A stretch of DNA of 64,000 bases from an uncultured virus (IMG/VR IMGVR_UViG_3300035698_019702) (IMGVR_UViG_3300035698_019702); one strand, 5' to 3'. Shown: positions 32,040 to 42,205, counted from the first letter of the stretch. The notes: generated from the sequence alone by a model not told the origin. A program made the numbers and translations.

Positions 32040-32819
32040 GTGCGAGTTAGCGTCATTACGACAGTCTACAATGCTGAGCAATACTTGAGAGAAAGTCTCG
32101 ATTCAGTATTTAACCAAACTTTTCAAGATTTTGAACTTATACTTGTAAATGATGGTTCCACCGATGGAAGCCGAGAGATCATACTAGACTATTTTAATCA
32201 GCATGACAATGTACGTTTTTTGGAGAACGCCGAGAATGAAGGGATTCCCCTGAGTAGAAACAGGGCACTACTTGTTGCCAAAGGAGATTACATTGCTATT
32301 CATGACGGCGATGATGTTAGCCTACCGGAAAGATTTAAGAAAGAAGCCACCTTCCTAAATAATAACCCTGATGTTGATTTTGTTGGCTCACATGCATTCA
32401 AAATCAACTATGCAGGCACTTTTCAAGGAATGATGTCGTATCCTCCACAAACTACACGGGAAGCATTTCGTATTATCAAACAGCACAAATTAAACCCTAT
32501 TATAGACCCGTCGAGTATGTTTCGCAGAATCGATGCATTAAAAATCGGCGGATATTCAATGGACCCATTTATTCGGACGGCATTGGACTTGCATTTGTGG
32601 TGCCGACTGTTGTTAAAGGGCAGTAAACTGTATAATTTCCAAGAGCCGTTGATTAAATACAGAATTAACCCCGAAGGTGTTACTCGCACACATAACGATA
32701 AAATGGTCGAGGCAACCGATACCATCGTAGCCACGTTTGTTCGACGAAACTTTCCTAAAGTTGTTCTGAGACCATCCCTTTTTCAGCAGGATTCCTTTAC
32801 CGAGATTAGGAAAAATTAA
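32040..32819 (+). CDS. Glycosyltransferase family 2
   Basis: VSVITTVYNAEQYLRESLDSVFNQT...ILVNDGSTD...SRNRAL...IAIHDGDD. GTG start. Confidence 0.92.
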   Translation: MRVSVITTVYNAEQYLRESLDSVFNQTFQDFELILVNDGSTDGSREIILDYFNQHDNVRFLENAENEGIPLSRNRALLVAKGDYIAIHDGDDVSLPERFKKEATFLNNNPDVDFVGSHAFKINYAGTFQGMMSYPPQTTREAFRIIKQHKLNPIIDPSSMFRRIDALKIGGYSMDPFIRTALDLHLWCRLLLKGSKLYNFQEPLIKYRINPEGVTRTHNDKMVEATDTIVATFVRRNFPKVVLRPSLFQQDSFTEIRKN

Positions 32820-32832
32820 ACGGAGATTGATA

Positions 32833-35067
32833 ATGATTATCGAGACTAACGACAATAGCACTGGCGGCAAATGGACTACTGAAGAAATGCTAATGCTATA
32901 TCATCTAAAAGTTGCTAAAAACACTCATAAACAAATCACTGACATTATGGGCGAGAAGATTGGTAGGCGAGAATATAGTGAGAATCTTATTCACAAAAAA
33001 TGGCAGCAAACTGACTGGGTGAAGTTCTTAGAAGTTCAGGGAGAAAAGGAAGAACTTTTGGCCGAGATCAAAGGCCGAGAATCTGAAAAGCAGAAGGTAA
33101 TTGAGACGACTTTAAGTAACCAGGAAAGGTTGGTTAAGAGGGACCAGGCCAGAACTCAGCTCATTATAGACGCTATTCAGAGTTCTATACTCAGACTTCC
33201 GAAGCCAAAGCTCTCTGACCTGAAATATAATCCTAATCCGAAATTGACGTATAGAGATGAACATATGGGGGTAATCCTTAGCGACTTGCATTTAGGAGCA
33301 AGCTACACCAAAGAAGACACCGGTGGCTTATCGGAATTCAATATTGACATAGCCAAGAAACGACTATCCATACTACGTGACACGACTATTAGTATCGCAG
33401 AACGACATCGACACGTTTGTAATATTCCTGAACTTCATGTTTTTTGCTTAGGTGATATTGTGGCAGGAATGAATGATGCAGGCGCTTGGTCGAGTAGCTA
33501 CATTGATTTAGATATCTACGATCAAATGATTGAAGGAGCTGCAGCTTTAAGAAATGTGCTATCTACGTGGGCGAAATCGTTTGACAAGGTAAATTTCTAC
33601 GGTGTGTACGGGAACCACGGTAGGTGTTTGCCTATAACAACTAAAGTTTTAACCCCTAATGGATATAAAAACGCAAACGAAATCATCGAAGGTGACTTAG
33701 TGGGCACTCTTAATGTAGAAACAATGATGCACGAATTCCAACCAGTGCTTAGGAAGATATATATAGATAATGAACAAAATATGATTAGACACGAAAGTTC
33801 CAATTTTGTGTACGAAGCAACTGAAGACCATGACATATTATATCTTGACAAAAAGAAAAAAGTACTACGAAAAAGAAAATATAAGACACTTACTGGTATA
33901 AATGATAAATTCCCTATTCCCATTTGCTCTCCCTCGGGAATGGATGAATACGATGTTTCTGATAATGTGCTTGCTTTTCTCGGGTGGATGATGACGGATG
34001 GCCGATACCTTCCTAAATGTAAGACTTTACAAATATACCAATCTAAGCCAAAAAATGTGGATTACATAAGGCATCTTTTAGATGATTTAGAAGTTGAATA
34101 TTCTGTCAAAAGTCGAAACAGAGAAATCAAAGAGATTAAGTCCTCACTCACTTCATTTTGTTTCACTATATTCTCTTCCGATTTTACTCGGAAAATCAAA
34201 GAATACCTTCCTGTTAGAGAATCCATCCCATCATGGATGTATAAGTTATCAGACAGACAAATATCAGTGTTATTGCAACATATTGCTATGGGGGATGAGG
34301 TATTCAGGCAAAAAAGAACTCTATGTACCAGCCAAGCAAAGATCGAATGTATTTGGGGGAAAAAAGAATTTCTAGAACAATTAGCAGGGTTGTTAGCAAC
34401 ACATGGAATTGCATCTAGTATTAACATTCATAAAAACGGCAGTGATAGAGTAAACTACTATCTATATATTCGCGTCAACAGATACTACTCACTTGATACT
34501 ACAAAAACATCTAGGATTATACACAACAAGCCTGTTTGGTGTGTCGAAGTAGAGAACGGCACAATATTCGTGCTAAACGAACATGGTGATTCTTTTATTA
34601 CTGGCAACTGTGGCAAAAGAGGCAGCCATAAAGATGGTGCTAACTGGGATCGTATTTGTTACGAGTTCGTTAAGACTTCTATGTCTGAATACGACAATAT
34701 CCATTGGGAGATTCCCCGAGCTTGGTGGTTACAGAAAAAAATACAGAACCATAACTTCTACATGACTCATGGCGACGGCATTCGTGGAAGTCTAGGCGTA
34801 CCTTACTATGGTGTAGAACGAGCAGAAAGGTTGATTCTTGGTCTCATGAAAGAGAAGCCAGACTATCTGCTGTTAGGACACTTTCATACTCCAGCAGAGT
34901 TGCAGACAAACAGCGGTCGTATTTTGATGAATGGCTCGTTTATGAATGGCGACATGTACTCTTTGAGAGACCTTCGTAGAAAAGATCGAGCCGAGCAGAA
35001 ATTATTTGGTATTCACACTAAAAAAGGTGTTACATGGTCTTACAATATACAGCTTGACCAAGAATAG
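32833..35067 (+). CDS. Calcineurin-like metallophosphoesterase (phage nuclease-type) containing an intein
   Basis: SDLHLG, LGDIV, GNHG, THGD, GHFH motifs. GGAG SD before ATG 32833. Confidence 0.85.
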   Translation: MIIETNDNSTGGKWTTEEMLMLYHLKVAKNTHKQITDIMGEKIGRREYSENLIHKKWQQTDWVKFLEVQGEKEELLAEIKGRESEKQKVIETTLSNQERLVKRDQARTQLIIDAIQSSILRLPKPKLSDLKYNPNPKLTYRDEHMGVILSDLHLGASYTKEDTGGLSEFNIDIAKKRLSILRDTTISIAERHRHVCNIPELHVFCLGDIVAGMNDAGAWSSSYIDLDIYDQMIEGAAALRNVLSTWAKSFDKVNFYGVYGNHGRCLPITTKVLTPNGYKNANEIIEGDLVGTLNVETMMHEFQPVLRKIYIDNEQNMIRHESSNFVYEATEDHDILYLDKKKKVLRKRKYKTLTGINDKFPIPICSPSGMDEYDVSDNVLAFLGWMMTDGRYLPKCKTLQIYQSKPKNVDYIRHLLDDLEVEYSVKSRNREIKEIKSSLTSFCFTIFSSDFTRKIKEYLPVRESIPSWMYKLSDRQISVLLQHIAMGDEVFRQKRTLCTSQAKIECIWGKKEFLEQLAGLLATHGIASSINIHKNGSDRVNYYLYIRVNRYYSLDTTKTSRIIHNKPVWCVEVENGTIFVLNEHGDSFITGNCGKRGSHKDGANWDRICYEFVKTSMSEYDNIHWEIPRAWWLQKKIQNHNFYMTHGDGIRGSLGVPYYGVERAERLILGLMKEKPDYLLLGHFHTPAELQTNSGRILMNGSFMNGDMYSLRDLRRKDRAEQKLFGIHTKKGVTWSYNIQLDQE
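33625..34608 (+). mobile_element. Intein (328 aa) with LAGLIDADG-type endonuclease region, second motif degenerate
   Basis: GNHGR|CLPITTKVLTPNG...ATEDH...LGWMMTDGRY...VWCVEVENGT...ITGN|C. Confidence 0.9.
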
Positions 35068-35550
35068 ATGCGATGCAATGAGAGGACTAATATGGACGAG
35101 AAGCAGCCATTATATACGTGTATCCCGCAATGGATCGCCGGCATTGTCGAAACTAAGAAATGTTATAAGTGCAAAAACAAAGTTAGCAGGAAAGATATTT
35201 GTGCTATCGGGATAAGGACATTCAGAGAGGATCAGAACACTGTTTACGTGGAACATTTATGTCCTAAATGCAAATCTCGTACTGTTACTAGCTTTGCCAA
35301 AGAAAAACTAGCTTCTGTCGAAGATTTATGCTATATGTTAATAGAACAAATTCATAACAAACGTCGAATTCGCAAATCGCAACATCTAGAAGGACGTTGC
35401 TATGGTGATCGGATTGAGGATAAAGAGGTTGAATCACTAATCAAGTTTATGGAGGAGGCCAAGTCATTTGAAGAGGTGTTGAAGTATATCGGTTCCCCTG
35501 ATCTGCCTCCAGGCATGCCTACTAACCCAGAGAAAAAAGATGAAAGTTAA
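35068..35550 (+). CDS. Hypothetical zinc-finger protein
   Basis: CYKC...CPKC. The start may be the later ATG (MDEKQ). Confidence 0.6.
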   Translation: MRCNERTNMDEKQPLYTCIPQWIAGIVETKKCYKCKNKVSRKDICAIGIRTFREDQNTVYVEHLCPKCKSRTVTSFAKEKLASVEDLCYMLIEQIHNKRRIRKSQHLEGRCYGDRIEDKEVESLIKFMEEAKSFEEVLKYIGSPDLPPGMPTNPEKKDES

Positions 35551-36685
35551 GGACTTACAATTTGCTAAATACTTCTTAACCCAAGAGGTTGATCTAGATG
35601 CTACGATTATCGCACAAATGCTCAACCGTGATATTCAAGTGCACAATTTTCAAAAACCTGATACGGTGACATCGCAAGGTAATACCGTGATAATCCATCA
35701 ACCATCTTGTGTAACGATGTTTATTTTTCGGATTCTGCAACACCTATTATCTGAACGAATAATTGACGGTGTACAACGGGATAAAATGGGTGTTGCACTA
35801 CTGCATATGTGTAGAGATTACGTCTATAAAAACGAAGAACTGCATGCAGAAGGACCGCCTGTTATTTTGGATGTAAATAAGATTCCTGTCCCTTCTTCAG
35901 TGATTTGTGAGATTATCGAGCCTCTGGTTGGTACTATAGAACTTCCATCCGTTCTGTTTGCTCCTTGTCCTTTCACAGACGCAGCCAGAATAATAGAATC
36001 CTCCACTCAGCTTGAATCCGAGTATAATGTAGATCGGCTAGGAATTGGCCACCATGAATATCCTTTGGTCCTATGTAATTCTGTTGTGCATAACGAAGCA
36101 GCACAACATTGTCATATGACAATTAAGTTGCTTGAATCCGCTGTAGGAGAGGATCGGACCAGAAAGATCGTTCATAATATTTTATTGAACGAACAGGATG
36201 CAATACTACCGCTAGTAATCTTGATTCTAAAAACTCTAATTGGTAGACCTGATTATGTTATTGAATTTTTAAGGTTGTTAGAATCTTACTTAACTCTTAC
36301 CGAGGATGAACATAAGAACGTTATTGAGAGACAATCAGAACTAATTAATGGTGATAAGTTCTTGAACCAGCATATTAAAGTAGCTCAACAAAGTCAAACT
36401 CAGCAATCTGCGCGCCAATGGAGTCAATGGTCTATGTTGATGGGTCTGATCGAGAAACAACTTGAACCAATGAGGGGTTCTATGTGGCCTGCTACAGAAA
36501 ACATAAAACCGCATGAAGATCGTTTACGATTGATGATCAAAGAAAGAACCAAGGAAAAGGGTAAAACCCAATCAAACTTCGAGGAACTGCTTGAAACTTC
36601 AAGAGATTTGTACAACCATAATACAGTTGAGCCTGGACAATTAATTGAAGTGTTATTGAAGGAAAACAGAGTATGGAAACAATAG
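35540..36685 (+). CDS. Hypothetical protein (381 aa)
   Basis: Long ORF overlapping its neighbours; no motif recognised. Confidence 0.7.
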   Translation: MKVKDLQFAKYFLTQEVDLDATIIAQMLNRDIQVHNFQKPDTVTSQGNTVIIHQPSCVTMFIFRILQHLLSERIIDGVQRDKMGVALLHMCRDYVYKNEELHAEGPPVILDVNKIPVPSSVICEIIEPLVGTIELPSVLFAPCPFTDAARIIESSTQLESEYNVDRLGIGHHEYPLVLCNSVVHNEAAQHCHMTIKLLESAVGEDRTRKIVHNILLNEQDAILPLVILILKTLIGRPDYVIEFLRLLESYLTLTEDEHKNVIERQSELINGDKFLNQHIKVAQQSQTQQSARQWSQWSMLMGLIEKQLEPMRGSMWPATENIKPHEDRLRLMIKERTKEKGKTQSNFEELLETSRDLYNHNTVEPGQLIEVLLKENRVWKQ

Positions 36686-36918
36686 TTGATCTAGAACAGA
36701 TGGACCTTGCCCTGCAAGATATCTTAATTCGTATTGAAGAATGCAGGAATTTACTCGATAATGGTCGTATTCTACGATGCGATAGGAAATTGCAAGGAAC
36801 GATTGTAAAGTGTAACACGATTCGATCCTATATTATCGAACTTCGTACCTTAAGGATAGACAATGGAGTCGTGGTTAACGAAAGCGATCAGACGACTGAG
36901 CCAAAAGCAGCAGAGTAG
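36673..36918 (+). CDS. Hypothetical protein
   Basis: Short ORF overlapping the upstream stop. Confidence 0.5.
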   Translation: METIVDLEQMDLALQDILIRIEECRNLLDNGRILRCDRKLQGTIVKCNTIRSYIIELRTLRIDNGVVVNESDQTTEPKAAE

Positions 36919-37093
36919 AGGTACTCCTGGTTCGCCGGGTGGAGGAGAAATAGGAACTCCTGTTTTACCTGATGCTCAATGTGACTTATTTATCCCTCCA
37001 AAGAGCAAAAAAAGGCGTAAACGACATGATGATCAAGAGAAGCAACCCCGTCAACCAGCGGGTAGAGCTTGGAACGACACTGCTCAAATGTAG
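36863..37093 (+). CDS. Hypothetical small basic protein
   Basis: AAGGA upstream of the ATG; overlaps both neighbours. Confidence 0.35.
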   Translation: MESWLTKAIRRLSQKQQSRGTPGSPGGGEIGTPVLPDAQCDLFIPPKSKKRRKRHDDQEKQPRQPAGRAWNDTAQM

Positions 37094-37220
37094 TTGCTGT
37101 GGCAAACCTATGGTTGGTGGATCGGCAAAACTAGGAAGCGCAGGTTGTACATGCGCTGAGTGTAAATTGAAGATGACTAAGACTGTTGAGGAATCTGATG
37201 CTGGAATTGAGGGTAGGTAA
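37026..37220 (+). CDS. Hypothetical small Cys-rich (Zn-binding) protein
   Basis: KCSCCGKP...CTCAEC. Confidence 0.45.
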   Translation: MMIKRSNPVNQRVELGTTLLKCSCCGKPMVGGSAKLGSAGCTCAECKLKMTKTVEESDAGIEGR

Positions 37221-40200
37221 CGTATTTGTCGATATTATAGGCGACCTGAAAACTTCCCAGTGGCAAGAAATCGAGAAACAGCTTTCGTTTAGACCCCAAG
37301 GATTTAACTTCAGCCCTCTGTATAACCGTTGGATTTACAGGACTGATAAAGATGGTAAGAAGGTAAAAGTTAAGCGCATTTGGGATGGCTGGAAGCGCCA
37401 AGCCTGGAAGAATAAGAATCGTACTTACTTCCCTACTGGCTTATACTCAATAGTCGCATCTTACCTGAAGGAAGAAAACATCCCCTTCCGCGCTCGTGAT
37501 TTGCGCGTCAAACCTGAGCAGAACATTGTCTTTACCTTATCAGATGATTTTATAGAACGAGACTATCAGACCAAAGTCTGCGACGATGCTGCTAACCAAC
37601 AACGAGGTATTATTCAAGCCGCAACGGGGTCAGGAAAATGCATTCGATATGACAGCTTAGTAATAACTGACAGTGGTATCCTAACTTTTGAAGAACTTAT
37701 TGATAAAGAACTGCCTGAATGCGATCTTGATATAGGAGAATATCATAAACATAAATCTGTTATCTCTACTCCAGACTCAGAAGATGGTACTGATGTGTCA
37801 TCTTATATTTACTACGATGGGGTGGTTAAGTCTATAAAGGTAACCACTCAATCGGGATTTGAAATATGTGGTACTCCATCTCATAGAATTAAGGTATTAA
37901 CAAGTAATGGGCAACAATGGCGATGCCTCAAGGACATCGCAAAGGATGATTTTTGTGTAATATGTAAAAATCAAATGATGTTTGGGAAAGATGTCTCTTT
38001 GACCCGATCTGATGGTTATTGGATTGGTTTGCTTATTGGCGATGGGTGCTTAACTAGCAAGGTGACCGTTCGGCTCACAAACGAAGATGAACATATCATA
38101 CGTTTTGCTGAAACTTACTGTAAGGAACGAGGACTCAGACTGCACAATAGGAGTCATAAAACATCTGATAAATGTCGAGAACTGTTTATTCACAATAAAA
38201 GATATCGAGAAGAATTATATGATTTAGGCTGTGATTATTCCTTGTCGATAAACAAGGAAGTTCCTATACTAATTCGACAATCTCGGGAAGAAGTTGTTGC
38301 ATCTTTTCTGCGTGGACTATTTGAATCCGATGGATGGGTAGAAAAACATGCAGTTTGTTTAGCAACATCGTCAGAGCGTTTATCTGTGCAAGTTCAAGTT
38401 ATGCTTCTTAATTTTGGAATAGTTTCTACGCGACACGTTAGACAAACATCTTGCCACCCTTCATATCACATTTCTGTATATAGAGACTATATTCCAATCT
38501 TTGTACAGCGTATTGGGCTAGATGCTAACGGACATAAGTATCGAAAACTTAACCAAACCATGAAAGAAATGTCGCCTCAACCGAACAGTAACCTGGATGT
38601 GATACCACATCAATCACAATTTATCAAGAACAACATTTGTAGTGACCAGTTTCATTACGATGCTGTTGCAACAACAACAGACGATATGAGTAGAAATTAT
38701 GATTTTGTGGTACCTGATTCCCAATCGTTTTCTGCTCAAGGGTTTGTGAACCATAATACAGCAATTTGCGCGGCGCTGATTAAGCGACTTCAAGTATCGC
38801 CTTTCCTATTCTTTGTCACATCAATCGACCTAGCCCATCAAGCCAGGACCGAGCTACAAAAGTTCCTGCGTATCAATAGTATGCCCTTCACGGTTGGCCA
38901 AATTGGTGGAGGAGTAATTGAGTTTGGGGATGTTAACGTTTTAACTGTGCAAACAGTAGTTAGAGTCTTAGGTAAGCAATGGAACGCCAAAACCAGATTT
39001 GATAACGATGATGCTGATGATCCCACACCTATCCAAAAGCACAGGGACGAAATCTTAGAACTTTTGCATGAAGCTAAAGGTGCAATCTGTGACGAGTGTA
39101 TTAGTGGTAATAGTCTTATAGTCACTAAGAATGGTCCTGTTAAAATGAAAGATTTAAGTAATTTTATTGGGAAGAAAATTCTTAGTTTAAGTGGTAATAG
39201 TGTTGTATGGAAGAAAATAACTCATTTTTATCCTAAAGGTAAAAAAGAGACTTTGACAGTTGTCCTGTTAAATGGAAACACTATCACATGTACAAACGAT
39301 CACCCAATAATGACAAAGACAGGATGGAAACTATCAAAACAACTGAGTCAAGAAGATGCTATTTTATGCTGTGCAAATACAGGTGCAGGTGACACAAACT
39401 ATGTAGAGATTGAATCAATATCAAGAACTGGTGAGGAAGAAGTATTTGATATAACGGTAGAAGATACTCAATGCTTTTTTGCTAACAACATCCTAGTACA
39501 CAATTGCCAGCATTGGCGAGCAGATACTTGTCAATTAGTTACTAGAAACTTACCAAGTTGCTATTATATCTACGGTATGTCCGCTACTCCTTACCGAGAT
39601 GAAGGCGATGATCTAATGATTCAGGCTTGTTTTGGTAAAAAGGTAGCAGAAATTACTGCCAGTGAGCTGATTACTACTATCGATCCGACAACAGGAAACT
39701 CCTTCTTGATGAAACCGTATATTAAGATGGTCCATCTGCGTGAAAAGAAAACTCTTTACCGACAGTGGCAGTCGATCTATAAGGATCAGGTTGTCGAAAA
39801 CGAGTTCTACAACAATGCTATTGCTAACATTGCCAATGCTTATATAGAACAAGGCCGTTTATTGCTTATTCTGGTAACTCAAGTCAAGCATGGGAAATAT
39901 TTAGAGATGATGGTTCCAGGTGGACACTTCTTGTCGGGGAACAGCCCGAAGAAGAAACGTATAGAGGCAATCGATAAACTCCGCAATAAAGATATAAAAT
40001 GTATTATTAGTACGGTGATCTTTGACGAAGGTATCAACGTCAAACCCTTAGATACTTTGTTATTAGCTGGCCAGGGCAAAAGTAAGGTGAGAGCTATGCA
40101 GCGAATTGGCCGAGTTTTAAGACCGTGTGAAGGTAAGCCCAATCCTACCGTTATTGATTTTCACCTGCATCAAACATACTTAGACGTTCATGCTAAGTCA

Positions 40201-40281
40201 AGGGCAAAGATGTATGAAACTGAGCCTGAGTTCGATATCGAACATATCGATCCTGACCCAAAAAGGATTTTCACATCATGA
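37198..40281 (+). CDS. Superfamily 2 DNA helicase (UvsW/XPB-like) with two inteins
   Basis: RDYQ, AATGSGK|T, DE|CQH, GMSATPYR, FDEGINV, MQRIGRVLR. GAGGA SD before ATG 37198. Confidence 0.9.
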   Translation: MLELRVGNVFVDIIGDLKTSQWQEIEKQLSFRPQGFNFSPLYNRWIYRTDKDGKKVKVKRIWDGWKRQAWKNKNRTYFPTGLYSIVASYLKEENIPFRARDLRVKPEQNIVFTLSDDFIERDYQTKVCDDAANQQRGIIQAATGSGKCIRYDSLVITDSGILTFEELIDKELPECDLDIGEYHKHKSVISTPDSEDGTDVSSYIYYDGVVKSIKVTTQSGFEICGTPSHRIKVLTSNGQQWRCLKDIAKDDFCVICKNQMMFGKDVSLTRSDGYWIGLLIGDGCLTSKVTVRLTNEDEHIIRFAETYCKERGLRLHNRSHKTSDKCRELFIHNKRYREELYDLGCDYSLSINKEVPILIRQSREEVVASFLRGLFESDGWVEKHAVCLATSSERLSVQVQVMLLNFGIVSTRHVRQTSCHPSYHISVYRDYIPIFVQRIGLDANGHKYRKLNQTMKEMSPQPNSNLDVIPHQSQFIKNNICSDQFHYDAVATTTDDMSRNYDFVVPDSQSFSAQGFVNHNTAICAALIKRLQVSPFLFFVTSIDLAHQARTELQKFLRINSMPFTVGQIGGGVIEFGDVNVLTVQTVVRVLGKQWNAKTRFDNDDADDPTPIQKHRDEILELLHEAKGAICDECISGNSLIVTKNGPVKMKDLSNFIGKKILSLSGNSVVWKKITHFYPKGKKETLTVVLLNGNTITCTNDHPIMTKTGWKLSKQLSQEDAILCCANTGAGDTNYVEIESISRTGEEEVFDITVEDTQCFFANNILVHNCQHWRADTCQLVTRNLPSCYYIYGMSATPYRDEGDDLMIQACFGKKVAEITASELITTIDPTTGNSFLMKPYIKMVHLREKKTLYRQWQSIYKDQVVENEFYNNAIANIANAYIEQGRLLLILVTQVKHGKYLEMMVPGGHFLSGNSPKKKRIEAIDKLRNKDIKCIISTVIFDEGINVKPLDTLLLAGQGKSKVRAMQRIGRVLRPCEGKPNPTVIDFHLHQTYLDVHAKSRAKMYETEPEFDIEHIDPDPKRIFTS
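37639..38757 (+). mobile_element. Intein (373 aa) with LAGLIDADG homing endonuclease, in Walker A
   Basis: GSGK|CIRYDSLV...GTPSHRI...WIGLLIGDGCL...FLRGLFESDGWV...NYDFVV...FVNHN|T. Confidence 0.92.
39097..39504 (+). mobile_element. Mini-intein (136 aa) in Walker B
   Basis: ICDE|CISGNSLI...CTNDHPI...VFDITVE...ILVHN|CQH. Confidence 0.93.
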
Positions 40282-41702
40282 AGATGAGACGTTTCACAAA
40301 CGAACCTGATGTTTATGAGAATGATCTCTCTATACCGATCAAACGTATAGAAAAGTTACCACTTCCGTATACAGGGAACAAAAAGAAGCTGCTCTATCGT
40401 ATTCATCGAGCCATCGAAAAGCGAGGGCTTGAGTTTACTACAGTTTTAGACGCTTTCTCAGGCAGTGCGTCCGTATCAATGCTGTTCAAGTTAATGGGGA
40501 AGAGGGTAGTTGCTAATGATATATTAACATCTTCTTATCTTAACGCCGTAGCTTTTGTAGAAAACCCCGGACTAAAATTAAGCGATGAAGATAAGGACTT
40601 CCTTCTTAATAATGTCAACCCAGATAAATCAACGTTCGTAGAAGATAACTATCTTGGAGGAACAGAGTCAGATGTGCGTTTCAAGAAGTTTACTTTGAAG
40701 GAATGCCGCCAACTTGATAATTTTCGAGCTAACATAGACGATCTATGTAACTACTATCTCCAGAGCCTTAGCCTGGCTGCAAATGCAGCAGTTATTATGA
40801 GACTTCCGTTTGGAAATGTCGATGCGAGCCATGATATTCTACTCCACAGGCGTAAACAGCAAAAAACGTATGGAGAAGGAACCTCCGGGCATGACCGACG
40901 GATCGGTATTTACTATGACGATGATCTCAACCTAAAGTTTGACAAATGGTTCCGCAAATACGTAGATGACTTCACCATCGGGTGCTGTGTAGAAAAGCCA
41001 GAACCCAAAATTAAGAGGGCAACCTTTCTAGCTAATCTACAGCAACATGTACTCAGAGATTGTATGGTGCAGGGAAGAATGCATGAAGGACAGGCACTTG
41101 CTGAAATGAACGTCCGCATGGCTCATCAGAAAAACCAACTCAAAGCGTCTTGGGACAACGAGGGGTCAACTGAAATGGACTTCCACACCAAGGCAGGAAC
41201 AGGGGATATGGACGGATTGCCAGGGCAAGGTTTGAAATGGTGGACTTTCGCAGACCTGAGCATGCCCGGCGACTGCATCGCAACAAATATGGATGTCGTA
41301 GACCTTCTGGAGAGTGGACTGAAGGTTGATTGCGCGTATTTTGATCCACCTTATGGCGGACAGTCATCCGACTACGCCACTATTTATAGGTTTTTCGAGG
41401 AATTTATCTACGGACAACCAATGGAGGATTTGCCTCATTTACAGAGAGCAAAAACGTTCGTAGGTAAACGAGACTACGAGGAATATTTCCTCAAGATGCT
41501 CAATGCGGCGAATCACATACCGATATGGCTTTTCTCATACAATGACACCTCCTGGAGGGATATCAACTACATCGTTGAGTTGATCAAACAGTTTAGAGCC
41601 GATGTCGATGTTGAAGTATTATCCGATGAGTACCGATATCTTTATAGACGGCAACAAGGCAGAACTGAACGGAGTTCTGAATACCTGATTGTTGCACAAT
41701 GA
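40278..41702 (+). CDS. Adenine-specific DNA methyltransferase (D12/alpha-class, extended)
   Basis: PYTGNKKKLL, LDAFSGSASVS, VAND, YFDPPY, WLFSYN. Confidence 0.85.
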   Translation: MKMRRFTNEPDVYENDLSIPIKRIEKLPLPYTGNKKKLLYRIHRAIEKRGLEFTTVLDAFSGSASVSMLFKLMGKRVVANDILTSSYLNAVAFVENPGLKLSDEDKDFLLNNVNPDKSTFVEDNYLGGTESDVRFKKFTLKECRQLDNFRANIDDLCNYYLQSLSLAANAAVIMRLPFGNVDASHDILLHRRKQQKTYGEGTSGHDRRIGIYYDDDLNLKFDKWFRKYVDDFTIGCCVEKPEPKIKRATFLANLQQHVLRDCMVQGRMHEGQALAEMNVRMAHQKNQLKASWDNEGSTEMDFHTKAGTGDMDGLPGQGLKWWTFADLSMPGDCIATNMDVVDLLESGLKVDCAYFDPPYGGQSSDYATIYRFFEEFIYGQPMEDLPHLQRAKTFVGKRDYEEYFLKMLNAANHIPIWLFSYNDTSWRDINYIVELIKQFRADVDVEVLSDEYRYLYRRQQGRTERSSEYLIVAQ

Positions 41703-41704
41703 CA

Positions 41705-42165
41705 TACTATTGAGACAGGTTTCTGAGCACCGTCCCCTGACAGTAATGACGGGATCGTTGGCATTTCAGATAGCGATATCTGGGCACCTATGTCTAGAAA
41801 CTTGGTGACGATATAGCCCGAGAGAAAACTCGTACAAAACAGGAGCTTATAAGGGGCGAGCGCCTTACCAGCGCTTGGAGTAGGCCCTGAAATCCCGGCA
41901 ATGGGTGAGTAGTTGTCTCACGTTACACGGCGACATCCTGGGTCCAATGTGGTTAAGAATGAGTCTCCTATCTACTTCACTATTCTCAATGGGTTTAACT
42001 CTGAATATGTGGAAATGAGTATGAAAGTGATCATCTTGTACCCGGACGCTCTTGGGTTGGTCTGCCACCTGGCGGATTAACCCGTGTGTTCGGGAACTAC
42101 GGATGAGGATTACTCAACCACAAGGAATGCCGTTGCGCGAATTGGGTCTGTGGATTCTTTTGTTT
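41705..42165 (+). ncRNA. Candidate large structured non-coding RNA (family not recognised)
   Basis: Only long non-coding gap in the window, GC-elevated. Many stems with G-U pairs on the + strand, two GNRA loops and long-range helices (see findings). Confidence 0.55.
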
Positions 42166-42205
42166 AAGGGGTGGTTTCGTTGAGGGAGTTGGTGGCTGAT
42201 CCGCT

